This document shows, in pieces, positions 52,001 to 63,129 of a stretch of 64,000 nt of DNA. The stretch's first letter is position 1. Each line of letters opens with the position of its first letter. The stretch lies in assembly GCA_036012755.1 (NCBI GenBank), contig DASCPX010000129.1, positions 32,001-96,000 on the forward strand, in the 5' to 3' direction. Below the pieces are notes generated by a model. It made no database searches. It was given only the letters and a program-made list of their open reading frames with translations, and was not told the origin of the DNA. Both the position numbers and the translations under genes were made by a program. Source of the stretch: Myxococcota bacterium. GTDB lineage: Bacteria > Myxococcota_A > UBA796 > CAJQPC01.

Positions 52001-52677
52001 ACGAGGTCGACGTGTACGGCACCGATCCGGCCAACGGCGACACCGACGGCGACGGTCTGTCCGACGGCGACGAGGTCGATGTGTATGGCACCGACCCACT
52101 CGACGCCGACAGCGACGACGATGATCTCTCGGACGGCGAGGAGGTCGATGTGCACGGCACCGATCCACTCGACGCCGACAGCGACGACGACGATCTGTCG
52201 GATGGCGATGAGCTCCACCAGACCCGGACGGATCCCCTGGACTGGGACACGGACGATGGCGGGCGCGGAGACGGTGACGAGGTGCTGGTGGACGGAACCG
52301 ACGTCCACGAACCCAGCGACGATCTCGCCGACACCGACGGCGACGGTCTCACCGACTGGGACGAGGACAATGTCTACGGCACAGATCCCGAGAACGCGGA
52401 CACCGACGGCGACGGCCTCGACGACGGCGAAGAGGTGAACGACTACGGCACCGACCCGCTGGACGCCGACACCGACGACGGCGGGGTCGACGACGGGGAG
52501 GAGGTGCGCAACGGTACGAACCCGGTGGACAATCCCTCCGACGACTTCCCCGGCGAGTACCTGGGAGGCTGGGGTGCTTGCGCGACCACACCGGCCCCCG
52601 GTGGCGCCGCGGCGCTCCTCTTGATGCTCGCGGGCCTCGTCGGTCTCCGCCGACGGACCACTGGAGGCAGACCATGA
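49093..52677 (+). CDS. Paralogous acidic thrombospondin-like surface protein with MYXO-CTERM-like anchor
   Basis: Same architecture as 37228-43236: [40 protein letters not shown], Asp-rich repeats, [21 protein letters not shown]. Confidence 0.85.
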   Translation: MMDSAIRMLGLWGLITLALAPGIAAAACGDGTLDTGEDCDDENTTNGDGCDSSCAVELGWECVQSSFELDFAEVVYDDGHSSPSWTLSSDKATVTQSVNADAAVYVSTLPAEGTAITVELTVNTSSDDDFIGFALGYDAGEGSSSSGEWLLFDWKQGTQYSSNCGYGNAGTALSLVSGALAVGDTWCHTGAISEITRGSTYGSTGWSDNTTYTVVVECTATTLDVSINGSVDIAETGTFDCGNFGFYNYSQASIEYELIDPLDVSVCVEMDSDGDGVYDADEDVDGSGDLDDDDTDGDGVADYLDTDDDGDGIDTADEVYDGTTDPMDQDSDGDGTADYLDSDDDDDGVDTSDEDVDGDGDPTNDDSDGDGTDDYLDTDDDDDGVLTEDEVDEGDTDGDGTDDYLDTDDDGDGIDTADEVYDGTIDPMDQDSDGDGAADYLDADDDGDGVDTTEEDIDGDGDPTNDDSDGDGDSDYLDVDDDGDGIDTIDEDADGDGDPTNDDTDGDGTPNHLDSDSDGDGIDDDVEVADGTDPYDSDSDDDGLDDGQEAELGTDANADADLDGDGLSDADEILVYGTDHDDTDSDEDGIEDGDEVTEGTDPDDADSDDDGLSDLYERDVTGTDPNDNDSDDDGLDDGIEHVVTGTDPNDSDSDDDGLSDGDEVTAYGTDPNLDDSDDDGLSDGDEVDAGTDALSRDSDGDGLSDGDEVTDGTDPLDGSDTDNTGTDTDGDGLSDAFEEAIGTDPDNADTDGDGLSDGDEVLSYGTDPRWGDTDGDGLSDGDEVDTYGTDALSRDSDGDGLEDGDELLARGTDPLDADSDDDGLDDGEEAVWGTDPLDSDSDGDSLSDGDEVWTHGTDPANADTDGDSLSDGEELLTHGTDPLDEDTDGGGVWDGQELDEGTDPSDAADDGDGTDTDGDGLSDAYENLIGTDPGSADSDGDGLDDGEEVESFGTDPLVADSDGDGLDDGDEVDVYGTDPANGDTDGDGLSDGDEVDVYGTDPLDADSDDDDLSDGEEVDVHGTDPLDADSDDDDLSDGDELHQTRTDPLDWDTDDGGRGDGDEVLVDGTDVHEPSDDLADTDGDGLTDWDEDNVYGTDPENADTDGDGLDDGEEVNDYGTDPLDADTDDGGVDDGEEVRNGTNPVDNPSDDFPGEYLGGWGACATTPAPGGAAALLLMLAGLVGLRRRTTGGRP

Positions 52678-53534
52678 TGTTGATGTTGATTGGCCTCGCA
52701 GTGGCCCAGGAGGCGGTGGAGAGCGGTGGTGTGCCCGCGATCAACGGACAGTTGTTCAGCCCGAGCGTCGACGCGCAGTCGACGCTGTGGACCAACGACT
52801 CCCAAAAGGCGCCCGATGGCTACACGACCGCGCGTTTCGTCCTGCACTACGTGAACGACCCGGTTGTCTACGTCAACGGCGCGGACGAGATCACGGAGCT
52901 GGTGAGCGGGCTGTGGCAGGCCTCGGTGATGGCGGGCCACACCCGCGGTCCGTTGCGTCTCGGTGTGGATCTGCCGGTCTACCTGCGGTCCAACGGCGCG
53001 GGGGGCGGCGAGACCGGACTCGGCGACGTGGCGCTGGACCTGAAGCTCTCGGCCCTGGACAGGACCGAAAAACCCCTCGGTCTGGCCGTCGCCTACAGGA
53101 TGGGCTTCCCGACCTCCACGGTCTCGGCTCCGCTCGGTTCTGACGGCCTCGGCTGGGATCTCGGGCTCATCCTGGATCGGGAGCTCGGCGACAAGACCCT
53201 GTTGGCGTTGAACCTCGGGACTCGCGGCGTCCCTGACGTGGAGCTCGAGAACCTGGACTATCGCGACCAGTTCTACTGGCGCCTGGGCGTTGGTCGCGCC
53301 GTCGGCGATGCGACCGGATTGTCCGCGGACATCGTGCAACACCGGACCTACGGGGCCAGGGGAGTGGAGGGCGGGAATCCGCTGGAGGCGCTCGTCGGTG
53401 CCCATCGCCGCCTGGGCGAGAGCAACGTCATGCTGCGCGGAGGGCTCGGGACCGGGCTCAACGCTGGCATCGGTGCGCCGAAGTACCGGGTCGTCTTTGC
53501 GTTGGCCTGGGAGCCGCCGCGCGACGACGGCTGA
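52674..53534 (+). CDS. Outer membrane beta-barrel protein, paralog of the N-terminal half of 43233-45020
   Basis: ATGA overlap; shares [36 protein letters not shown] with 43233-45020; stops before the TSP3/OmpA_C region. Confidence 0.8.
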   Translation: MMLMLIGLAVAQEAVESGGVPAINGQLFSPSVDAQSTLWTNDSQKAPDGYTTARFVLHYVNDPVVYVNGADEITELVSGLWQASVMAGHTRGPLRLGVDLPVYLRSNGAGGGETGLGDVALDLKLSALDRTEKPLGLAVAYRMGFPTSTVSAPLGSDGLGWDLGLILDRELGDKTLLALNLGTRGVPDVELENLDYRDQFYWRLGVGRAVGDATGLSADIVQHRTYGARGVEGGNPLEALVGAHRRLGESNVMLRGGLGTGLNAGIGAPKYRVVFALAWEPPRDDG

Positions 53535-53573
53535 TTGCGGTTAGATCATGGGTCCTCTCTCTCCGGAGGTCCG

Positions 53574-55774
<2,201 letters not shown>

Positions 55775-55775
<1 letters not shown>

Positions 55776-57574
55776 TGTTGTTGTTCATCGGGAGCGTGCT
55801 CGCCGCCGAGCGGGTGACCATCCTCCACACCAACGACTGGCAGTCGCGCCTGCTGGGCACGCCGAACCAGACCTACTCGCCCGAGACCGTCGGAGACGAC
55901 GACTCCCTTGGCGGCGTCGCCCGCATCGCCACCCTGGCCACAGAGCGGCGTGCAGCTATCGACGGTCCGGTGCTGCTCGTCGACGCAGGTGACATCACGA
56001 TGGGCTCGCTCTTCCACCTGGTCTCCCGCGAGACCGGTGGCGAGCTCGAGCTGATGGCGATGCTCGACTACACGGCGGTCACCCTCGGCAACCACGACTT
56101 CGACTTCCGTCCGCAGGGCCTGGCGGACATGATCGGTGCGGCGGGGGCGGTGCCTCCCATCGTGGCCTCGAACCTGGTCCTCGACCCGAATCACCCCGGA
56201 GACGATGGCCTCGAGGCGCTCGTCGAGCAGGGGGTCCTGGTCGATCGACTGATCGTCGAGGAGGAGGGCCTCGTCGTCGGCTTCATCGGCCTGCTCGGCA
56301 AGGACGCGACGGAGGTGATGGGCCAGGCGGAGCCCGTCACCAGCGCGGACCAGGTGGAGACCACGACGCGCCTGGCCAGAGTCCTGCGGGAAGAAGGGGC
56401 CGACCTCGTCGTCGTGCTCTCCCACTCGGGCATCGAGCTGCAGGAGGACGGGACCTGGGGCGACGAGGACGTCGAGCTCCTGCGCGCCGTCCCCGGGGTC
56501 GACGTGCTCGTCTCGGGACACTCACACACGGCGCTGGAGACAGTGGTGATGGTGGATGGCCGGCCCCTGGTCGCCGCCGGCGCCAACACCCAGTTCCTCG
56601 GCGAGCTGAGCCTCGAGCGCTCAGGCGATTCCTGGGTCGTGCTCGACTACGAGCTCCACAGCATCGACGACCAGATCCTCGGCGACCCGGAGGTCACGGC
56701 GAAGGTCGAGGAGCTCCAGGAAGCTGTGAGCGAGCGCCTCGCCCCTGCGCGCTTCGACGACCTCGTCGCGGAGGTGGATCACCCGCTGGGCAAGGCAGAG
56801 GACGAGCACGAGCTGGCCAACATCGTCACCGACGCGTACCGGCTGGCGACCGGGGCCGACCTCGGCATGACCGGCAACGGCACGATCCGGGCCGAGCTCG
56901 CGCCCGGGCCGCTGCAGCGCTCGGATCTCTTCCTCGTCGATCCGCTGGGCATCGGCTCCCTGGATGACAGCCCGGGCTACGCGCTGGTGGTCGCCTGGTT
57001 CACCGGCGACGACATCCAGGACGTCCTCGACTTCCTCCTCATCGCCCACCTCACGAAGGGCTCGAGCTACGTGCCGCGCATCTCCGGCGCGGAGATCTTC
57101 GTGAACCCTCGCCGAATCCCCCTGGACCAGATCGACGAGGTGGTCTTCGCCGATGGCTCCACCCTGGACGACGAGGAGCTCTACGGGGTCGCGATGACCT
57201 CGTACGTGGCCACCTTCATGCCGCTGGTCGCCGACATGACCAAGGGCCTGCTCGCACCCCAGATGCGGGGCGCGGATGGCGCCCCTGTCGATGTCGCCGA
57301 GCTCTACGACAATGACCCGACGACCCCCGACATCCAGGAGCTGAAGGCCTGGCGTGCGCTGGCGGACCACGTCGCGACCATCCCGGATCTGGACGCCGAC
57401 GGACTGCCCGACCTGCCACCGCGCGGTGTCGCGAGCAACCGATTCGTCGAGCGCCCGTCCTGGCGGCTGTTGAAGAACAGCAGCTGGAGGATGAAGTCGG
57501 TGGTGGGGGTCCCGGCAGCCCTGGTGTTGTTGCTGCTGGTCTGGCGGGTCAGGGCGTCCCTTCGCGCCCCGTGA
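55775..57574 (+). CDS. Bifunctional metallophosphatase / 5'-nucleotidase
   Basis: ILHTNDWQS, VDAGD, LGNHDFD, LSHSG, SGHSHT, NG.IR; C-terminal TM. Confidence 0.9.
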
Positions 57575-57992
57575 CCGTGGCGGAGCCCGTGTTGCCGTCG
57601 TAGTCCTCGATGATCATCTTGAACTCGTACTCGTCCGCGGCGCCGGCGCAGTTGATGCCCAGGACATCGGCGTTGAAGGAGCCGATGCAGTCGCCGCTGT
57701 CGGTGTTGCAGGAGAGCAACTCGGCGTCGGTGACGAGGGCGTCGTTCTTGTAGATCTCGACCATGTGGAAGCTCCTCGGCACGTTGTTGAGGCCCTGGGG
57801 GTCGTCGTAGGTCAGGGACATGCTCCAGTTGTAGAACTGGTCGCCGGTGTCGTGGAGGTAGCAGTAGGCGTCAGCGTCGGTGACCACCGGCGAGACGCCG
57901 TCGTCCACGTACTCGCTGTCGTCGGTCGAGCCCGAGTCGTCCACGGGGTTGTCTTTTCCGTCGCAGCTCAGAGCGAACAAGAGTGGCAGCAT
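57549..57992 (-). CDS. Hypothetical lipoprotein
   Basis: MLPLLFALSC; acidic linker; Cys-containing beta domain. Confidence 0.65.
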   Translation of the reverse strand: MLPLLFALSCDGKDNPVDDSGSTDDSEYVDDGVSPVVTDADAYCYLHDTGDQFYNWSMSLTYDDPQGLNNVPRSFHMVEIYKNDALVTDAELLSCNTDSGDCIGSFNADVLGINCAGAADEYEFKMIIEDYDGNTGSATVTGREGTP

Positions 57993-58036
57993 GGGAACCT
58001 CCATCGAATGATCGAGCCTAACCGGAAGTGACGGCG

Positions 58037-58939
58037 ATGCGCCGGGGTCTGTTGCTCGGGTTCACCACCCTGGTGGTGGGCGCGACCCTCGGGTGGTGGC
58101 AGCAGGACCGCATCATCGGTGAGTTCCGCATCCTGGGACGCCGCGGCGCCCTCGCCTGGCAGGTGGACGGGCAGTGGCGGTCGGTCACATCGGAGGATCG
58201 TCGTCGCCGCAGCTGGGGTCCCCACGACGCCTTCCTTCGGGACGGACTCTCATTCGATGTGCTCGAGCCGGGCTTGGAGCTCGCGCGGCTGCGCTACCGG
58301 AGGGATCCGAACCCCGCTGACTACGAGCTCCTCGTCGTTCGGGTCGACCCGGAGCTCTGGAGCTTCCGAGTTCGTGGGGAGGAGGACTTCCGCCGTGCGT
58401 CCATCTCCGAGCTTGCGGGTGACGCCAACATCGCTCTCAACGCGAGCTTCTTCGCCGAGGAGGGCCCTGTGGGGCTGGTCCTGCAGGATGGCATCGAGCG
58501 CGTGCCCCAGGGCTCGGCGCGGGCGGCCCACTTCCTGGTGGACCCGGTCTACGGACCTCGCGTCGACAACCGGAAGGGCGCGTCCCTCGAGGGGGTGGAG
58601 CACGGCGTCCAGGGCTTCCCGGCGATCATGAGCGGTGGAGAGACCTACTCCTACATGCGCGTGGGTGGTCGGGGGTTCCCGGTCCACCAGCTCAGTCGGC
58701 GGACGGCGGTGTGCTTGGACTGGGAGGGGCAGGTCCTGCTCACCGTGACCGACACGCCGCTCAACGGCTTGACCCTCAACGAGCTCGCCACGGTGCTCGG
58801 GGGACTCGGCTGCGAGGACGCGATGGGCCTGGACGGGGGATCCAGCACCGCCCTGTATGTGCGTGCAGGCGAGCGCAGCGTGACCGTGGATGCTCGGGAC
58901 GGAATCCCGGTGGCCATCCTGGTGGAGCCTAGGATCTGA
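58037..58939 (+). CDS. Phosphodiester glycosidase (NAGPA-like) family protein
   Basis: ALNASFF, RRTAV, GLTLNELA..L..LGCEDAMGLDGGSSTAL. Confidence 0.85.
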   Translation: MRRGLLLGFTTLVVGATLGWWQQDRIIGEFRILGRRGALAWQVDGQWRSVTSEDRRRRSWGPHDAFLRDGLSFDVLEPGLELARLRYRRDPNPADYELLVVRVDPELWSFRVRGEEDFRRASISELAGDANIALNASFFAEEGPVGLVLQDGIERVPQGSARAAHFLVDPVYGPRVDNRKGASLEGVEHGVQGFPAIMSGGETYSYMRVGGRGFPVHQLSRRTAVCLDWEGQVLLTVTDTPLNGLTLNELATVLGGLGCEDAMGLDGGSSTALYVRAGERSVTVDARDGIPVAILVEPRI

Positions 58940-59100
58940 ATTGCCCAACTCAGAATTGTAGATCCCAACACGTATCCACAAGACATTTCGGTAACTTGGT
59001 GCCAGCCGTGCCGAACGTGTGATGGCCCTGTGGACAGGGTTGGGCAGGATTGATCCAGCGTCACTGAGGCTAAGTGCCTGAAATCCCGTTCCTCGAAAGT

Positions 59101-59116
59101 TGGCACGGGGCATGCA
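59101..59116 (+). promoter_or_regulatory. sigma54 (-24/-12) promoter upstream of the putative large ncRNA
   Basis: TGGCACGGGGCATGCA with GG-N10-GC spacing; predicted +1 near 59127, 2 nt before the terminal helix begins. Confidence 0.68.
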
Positions 59117-59128
59117 TATGAGAGCCAC

Positions 59129-60263
59129 GACATCCGGGCATAACAATCCGGAGTCGACCGAGGGGAACCTCGGAACGTTCTTTGACGTCGACAATGCCAA
59201 CAGAAGGGTCTTCGGACCTGGAAGATGGCGAATGAAAGCCCAAGAGAGCAACGGGCGCTCCGCCACCGGAAACGGGGGTGGGACGCAACGGACTCTTCAG
59301 TGGATAAAGCCTTGAAGTCGATCGCCTGGACGGGCGGACTGGCCAAGCGGGACCTGGCAACGGGAAGCGTGGAAGCGGGACCAACCGGACAGAGGTGACT
59401 GGAAGCTGACGGCTCATGCCTGAAGCGGATGGGAATGGGCGGTGGCGCGGAGAGCGCGGCAGTGAGCGAACCTCGAGAACGCTTGGTGGCCGCGAAGGAA
59501 ACGCCAACGTCGTGAAACGGCAAGAAGGCAAGGTCTCGCGGTGACGCGGGAGCAGCTGCTGAGGAGGAGAAAGCTCTGAAGGGTCGGGCGTCGCGGAGAC
59601 GCGTTTGCGAACGAGTGCATTCTCGGGAGTGAGCGAGGTCGAACGCGGCGAACCCCAAGACCGGCTGCAGGGTGCAATAGACCTGCGGAGCCCGGGCGGA
59701 GAAAACCGCTGAGGTGGGGAGGAACCACGAGAGCGGAACGAGCGGGGCGCTTGGCAGCGCAACGCCGAAGGGAAGTCGAGCGAGACGAGACGCGTCCGAG
59801 CGTCACGACTCACAAAGCGAGGCTGACCGGGAGAGGACGCACGGGAAGGCGCTGGTAGAGGGGTGAGACCTGGACCCAAACCCATGAGAGGAGGTCGAGC
59901 AATCGACCAGCACGGAAGCCGCGTGTCTCTGTAGGGGAATCGAAGTTCATGAAGGCAACGCCTGTGAAAGGCGAGAGGTGGAAGCGAAGACCTCGAGGGC
60001 CATCCGGTCAATCAAACGTGTGAACAACGCGGACCGGGCAAGGCCGAGGAGGAGTCGGGAAAGGCCAAACGACCCGATAGTGACCACAACGGAGAGAGGG
60101 CGCGCTGTTTCGGCAGCGAGACCCGCTCAGAGCCCTGAAGGACCCGACAACTCCATGAGAGGCCAACCGAGCGCAATGGAACCAGTTTCGGCTGGGGTAT
60201 GCGCGAGGGGAAGGCGACCGAGGCGTAAGCCTCTGTAGGGAAGTCCCTCCGGGCTCGGATGTC
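59129..60263 (+). ncRNA. Putative large (~1135 nt) structured non-coding RNA of unrecognised family
   Basis: No credible CDS. 5' GACATCCGGGC (59129-39) pairs with 3' GCTCGGATGTC (60253-63), and CCGGAG (59148-53) with CTCCGG (60247-52). Many GNRA/UUCG hairpins on the + strand; promoter upstream, terminator downstream. Confidence 0.8.
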
Positions 60264-60268
60264 ACCCA

Positions 60269-60307
60269 GAAGCCCCGAGAGCGAAAGCTCTCGGGGTTTT
60301 CTGCTTT
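60269..60307 (+). terminator. Intrinsic terminator
   Basis: GAAGCCCCGAGAGC-GAAA-GCTCTCGGGGTTTT followed by CTGCTTT. Confidence 0.85.
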
Positions 60308-60351
60308 GGATCTGGAGGCGTCTCGGCTGGAGACGCCTGTCTCGCAGAGAC

Positions 60352-61365
60352 TCAGTGCACGACGCTGGCGATCGCGGGAGCTCGAAGCATCACGCGGTCC
60401 TCGCCGGGCAGGCGGACTCGGCGGAGCAGGCCCGCCATCATCAGCCGTTCGTCGACCTCGGGCTCGATGGAGAGGGGCTCGCCGGAGAGCAGATCATCCA
60501 GGCGGCAGCTCATCCAGGTGTCGGACCGGACGATGTCGACAGCGGAGCGGATCTCCTGGGCGAGGGGCCCCATGGACTTGACGAGGCCGTCGCGGGTCCG
60601 GGGCATGCCTCCCCCGCGGGCGTCGTCGCCGAGGGCGTCGACGACGGCTGGAATGCCCCCGGAGAATCGGGCCGCGGACTCCAGGGGGGTGCGCTCCGTG
60701 ATCCCCGAACGACCGACGATGGCGGCGGCGGCTTCGGCCTCGCCATAGTCTGCGAGGGGCACGCGCGCGGCGTCCTCTAGCACCAGCGAGGGCACGTCGA
60801 CGGCAGCGGCGAGCAGCATCGTCGTCTTGCGGTTCGCCGGGTACCAGCGCACGAAGTCGGACCAGATGCGGGAGAGGTCCTCGAGGGTCTCGATGGGGAG
60901 GTACTCGGCTCCGTGCCCGAGCAAGGCGACGGCTGCGCCGCGCTCCTCGAAGCGATCCTGGGCGTTCATCAGGAGGTCCAGGGCCAGGGTGCGGAAGCCG
61001 TGCCGGCCGGCCACCATCGGCACCGGGCGATCGTTCCACTCGTCCGAGCAGAGCTGCGAGAGGATCTGCAGGACGAAGTGCCAGGCCTCGGGCGCGCGCC
61101 GGCCCTTCAGGGGACGGAAGGACACCGTGCGGCAGCCGACAGCGGGCTCTCCGACGGCGAGGTCGAGAGCCAGCTCCTCGAGGAAGGTCTGGGGCTTCGA
61201 CCAGCGCGGGGTCGTGAGGATCATCGGCTCCAGCCGGCGGAGGTGCGTGCGCACCTTGCGAGCCGTGCGGCCACGCAGCGCGGCCTCGATGAAGTGCTGA
61301 TCGGGATCGAAGGAGTCCCGCCGGGCCACCCTCAACATCTGCATCCTGCGTGCGAGCCGGCTCAT
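60352..61365 (-). CDS. Degenerate STAND/AAA-like NTPase-fold protein
   Basis: ILTTPRWSKPQTF at the Walker A position, VALLGHGAEYL at the Walker B position, FSGGIP (GxP-like), C-terminal LMMAGLLRR winged-helix-like end. Confidence 0.55.
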   Translation of the reverse strand: MSRLARRMQMLRVARRDSFDPDQHFIEAALRGRTARKVRTHLRRLEPMILTTPRWSKPQTFLEELALDLAVGEPAVGCRTVSFRPLKGRRAPEAWHFVLQILSQLCSDEWNDRPVPMVAGRHGFRTLALDLLMNAQDRFEERGAAVALLGHGAEYLPIETLEDLSRIWSDFVRWYPANRKTTMLLAAAVDVPSLVLEDAARVPLADYGEAEAAAAIVGRSGITERTPLESAARFSGGIPAVVDALGDDARGGGMPRTRDGLVKSMGPLAQEIRSAVDIVRSDTWMSCRLDDLLSGEPLSIEPEVDERLMMAGLLRRVRLPGEDRVMLRAPAIASVVH

Positions 61366-61470
61366 CTTCTGCCTCTACGTAGGGAGAGACAATGGTCGCC
61401 CGCAAAGTCTTGCGATGTCAAGAGTCCAGTAGATGTGTCACTTTAAGGAACACCGCTTATCATCGCGAGC

Positions 61471-63129
61471 GTGAGTCGCCCCCCGCGCCACACCCTGGTC
61501 CCCAACGCCAACAACGTGAGGCTGCTGGCGCGGCTTCTCGAGCTGGTCGCGCAAGGGGTGCGCGAGCCACGCACGCTGGCCGAGGTCCTCGACTGCGAGG
61601 TCCGCACGGTCCACTACTACACCCAGGCTGGGGACTGGCTGAACCTGCTCGAGACCGACGAGCGCACCCACCGTCCCTACCTCACCCGGCTGGGTCTGGA
61701 GTACGTCTACGCCGGCCGAAAGAGGGCGCGGGTCTACTCGCGCGCCGTGTGGGGGACGCAGTTCGTCGCCCAGCTGATGGACGGCCGCCGCACCCTCCCG
61801 GAGAACGAGGCCATCGCGGCCTTCATCCGGAAGAACGTGCCCGACATGGCTGCCTCCACGTCCAGGCGCCGAGCGAGCGCGGTCCGCAGCCTGCTGGAGC
61901 CGGCGATGCGCTACCCGGCGCCGAGCAGCTCGGGTCACCAGCTGAGCCTGGACCTCGGGCTCGCCCAGCCCCCAAGGGTCACGGAGCCGCCGCTGGACCT
62001 GTCGGTCGGCACGGAGGGCTCGCCGGATGTCTACCGACTCGTGCTGAGGGCGCTGCTCGACTTCGGAGAGCTGAGCCTGTGGCACGTCCGGGCGCTGCTG
62101 GACCGGGCCGGAGGGCAGGACTGCCCGGTCGCGCCCTATGTCGAGCTTGCCGTCGAGCGAGGTGACGCCTGGCGCGTCGGGGATCGGATCGTCGTCAGCT
62201 TCGGCGCGGCCTGGCGCCGGGACCTCGCCGACACGGTCGCGGGGGTGGCGCTGAGCGACCCCGGCTACAGGGCCTACCTCACGGTCCTTCGCCAGACCGC
62301 AGACGGGGATCCGGGCGCGGCCATGGACTATGCGCGTCTCCAGGAGCGCTACGCCGCCTGGGACCGCCGCATCTTCGGCCGCGAGGTCCGGCCTCCAGAG
62401 CTCGCAGCGGACCTCGACCGTGTCCTGCTGGGCCGGCCGATCGACGCTTTTCCGCTCGCTGGCGAGCCCGGGCCGGAGCCCTCTCCCCTCACCGGCGCCT
62501 TCCTGTCCATCTGCGAGCACGAAGGGGTCGTCATCGCCCTGCCGCCGTCCCTGGGCCAGCTGGTCGACGGGGTCTCCGGGGCCAATGCTGCGCTGGAAGC
62601 CCGCCGAACCGGCGAAGGCAGCCGCACTCCCAGCCACCTCGACAGGCGCGAGCTGGTCCACGGGGGCCTGTTCCACCCGGGCGAGGTGCGAGGGCGTGCC
62701 ATCCCCGACCGCGTCACCCTGCGGCACCGAGCGCTCTGTCACGTGCCCCACCTGGCCATGGTCGCCGCACTGTTGGTGGCGCACCGGAAGCGGCGTGGGG
62801 CCTTGCGGATCCGGGCCAGCGAGAGCCGCCTGGAGCTCAGGCTGGGCCGACGCTCCATGGGAGAGCTGCTCTACCTGTTGGACGAGTTCTGCTCGGAGCA
62901 GGGCTGGCTGGTGGCCCGTCGCCCCCGGGCGGGACTCTCCGGGGCCAGCATCGCGGCGGTGCTCGAGTCGCTGGGGGTCGCGGTGCGCTTCGATGACCTC
63001 CTCGTCCTCGACGAGGCCTTCTTCGTCCGGCTGCAGTCCGACGCGGAGGATCGGGAGATCTACGAGGGCCTCCTGCCCTTGTCCGAGCGACTCGTCGCCT
63101 TCCTCGAGGAGTGGCGCGGGGAGCCATGA
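61471..63129 (+). CDS. Hypothetical multi-winged-helix protein
   Basis: VPNANN..LAEVLDCEVRTVHYYTQAGDWLNLL HTH-like N-terminus, STSRRRASAVRSLL, further helix-wing-like segments; GTG start. Confidence 0.6.
   Translation: MSRPPRHTLVPNANNVRLLARLLELVAQGVREPRTLAEVLDCEVRTVHYYTQAGDWLNLLETDERTHRPYLTRLGLEYVYAGRKRARVYSRAVWGTQFVAQLMDGRRTLPENEAIAAFIRKNVPDMAASTSRRRASAVRSLLEPAMRYPAPSSSGHQLSLDLGLAQPPRVTEPPLDLSVGTEGSPDVYRLVLRALLDFGELSLWHVRALLDRAGGQDCPVAPYVELAVERGDAWRVGDRIVVSFGAAWRRDLADTVAGVALSDPGYRAYLTVLRQTADGDPGAAMDYARLQERYAAWDRRIFGREVRPPELAADLDRVLLGRPIDAFPLAGEPGPEPSPLTGAFLSICEHEGVVIALPPSLGQLVDGVSGANAALEARRTGEGSRTPSHLDRRELVHGGLFHPGEVRGRAIPDRVTLRHRALCHVPHLAMVAALLVAHRKRRGALRIRASESRLELRLGRRSMGELLYLLDEFCSEQGWLVARRPRAGLSGASIAAVLESLGVAVRFDDLLVLDEAFFVRLQSDAEDREIYEGLLPLSERLVAFLEEWRGEP

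Noticed and set aside
38026..52540. Long repetitive tracts as CRISPR arrays or non-coding satellites
   Set aside because: Repeats are in-frame, synonymously diverged and encode Asp-rich protein motifs; no constant repeat with unique spacers and no cas genes.
58972..59037. DnaA-box-like sequences (GTATCCACA; CTGTCCACA on minus) as a replication origin
   Set aside because: Only two imperfect boxes, no AT-rich unwinding element and no dnaA/dnaN/gidA context.
59129..60263. Group II intron, RNase P RNA, tmRNA or rRNA as the identity of the large element
   Set aside because: No GUGYG start or domain V hairpin and no interrupted host gene. The GGGAAGTCC..CGGGC resemblance to RNase P lies at the 3' end, without the matching partner strand. 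No tRNA-like ends or rRNA universal motifs recognised. A cmscan is still needed to be certain.
58651..60265. ORF-track ORFs over the non-coding region (58651-59658, 59070-60011, 59414-59806 minus; 59100-59315, 59978-60238 plus)
   Set aside because: Ser/Pro/Arg-rich translations with no motifs and no typical codon pattern; they overlap each other and are better explained as chance ORFs over a structured RNA.
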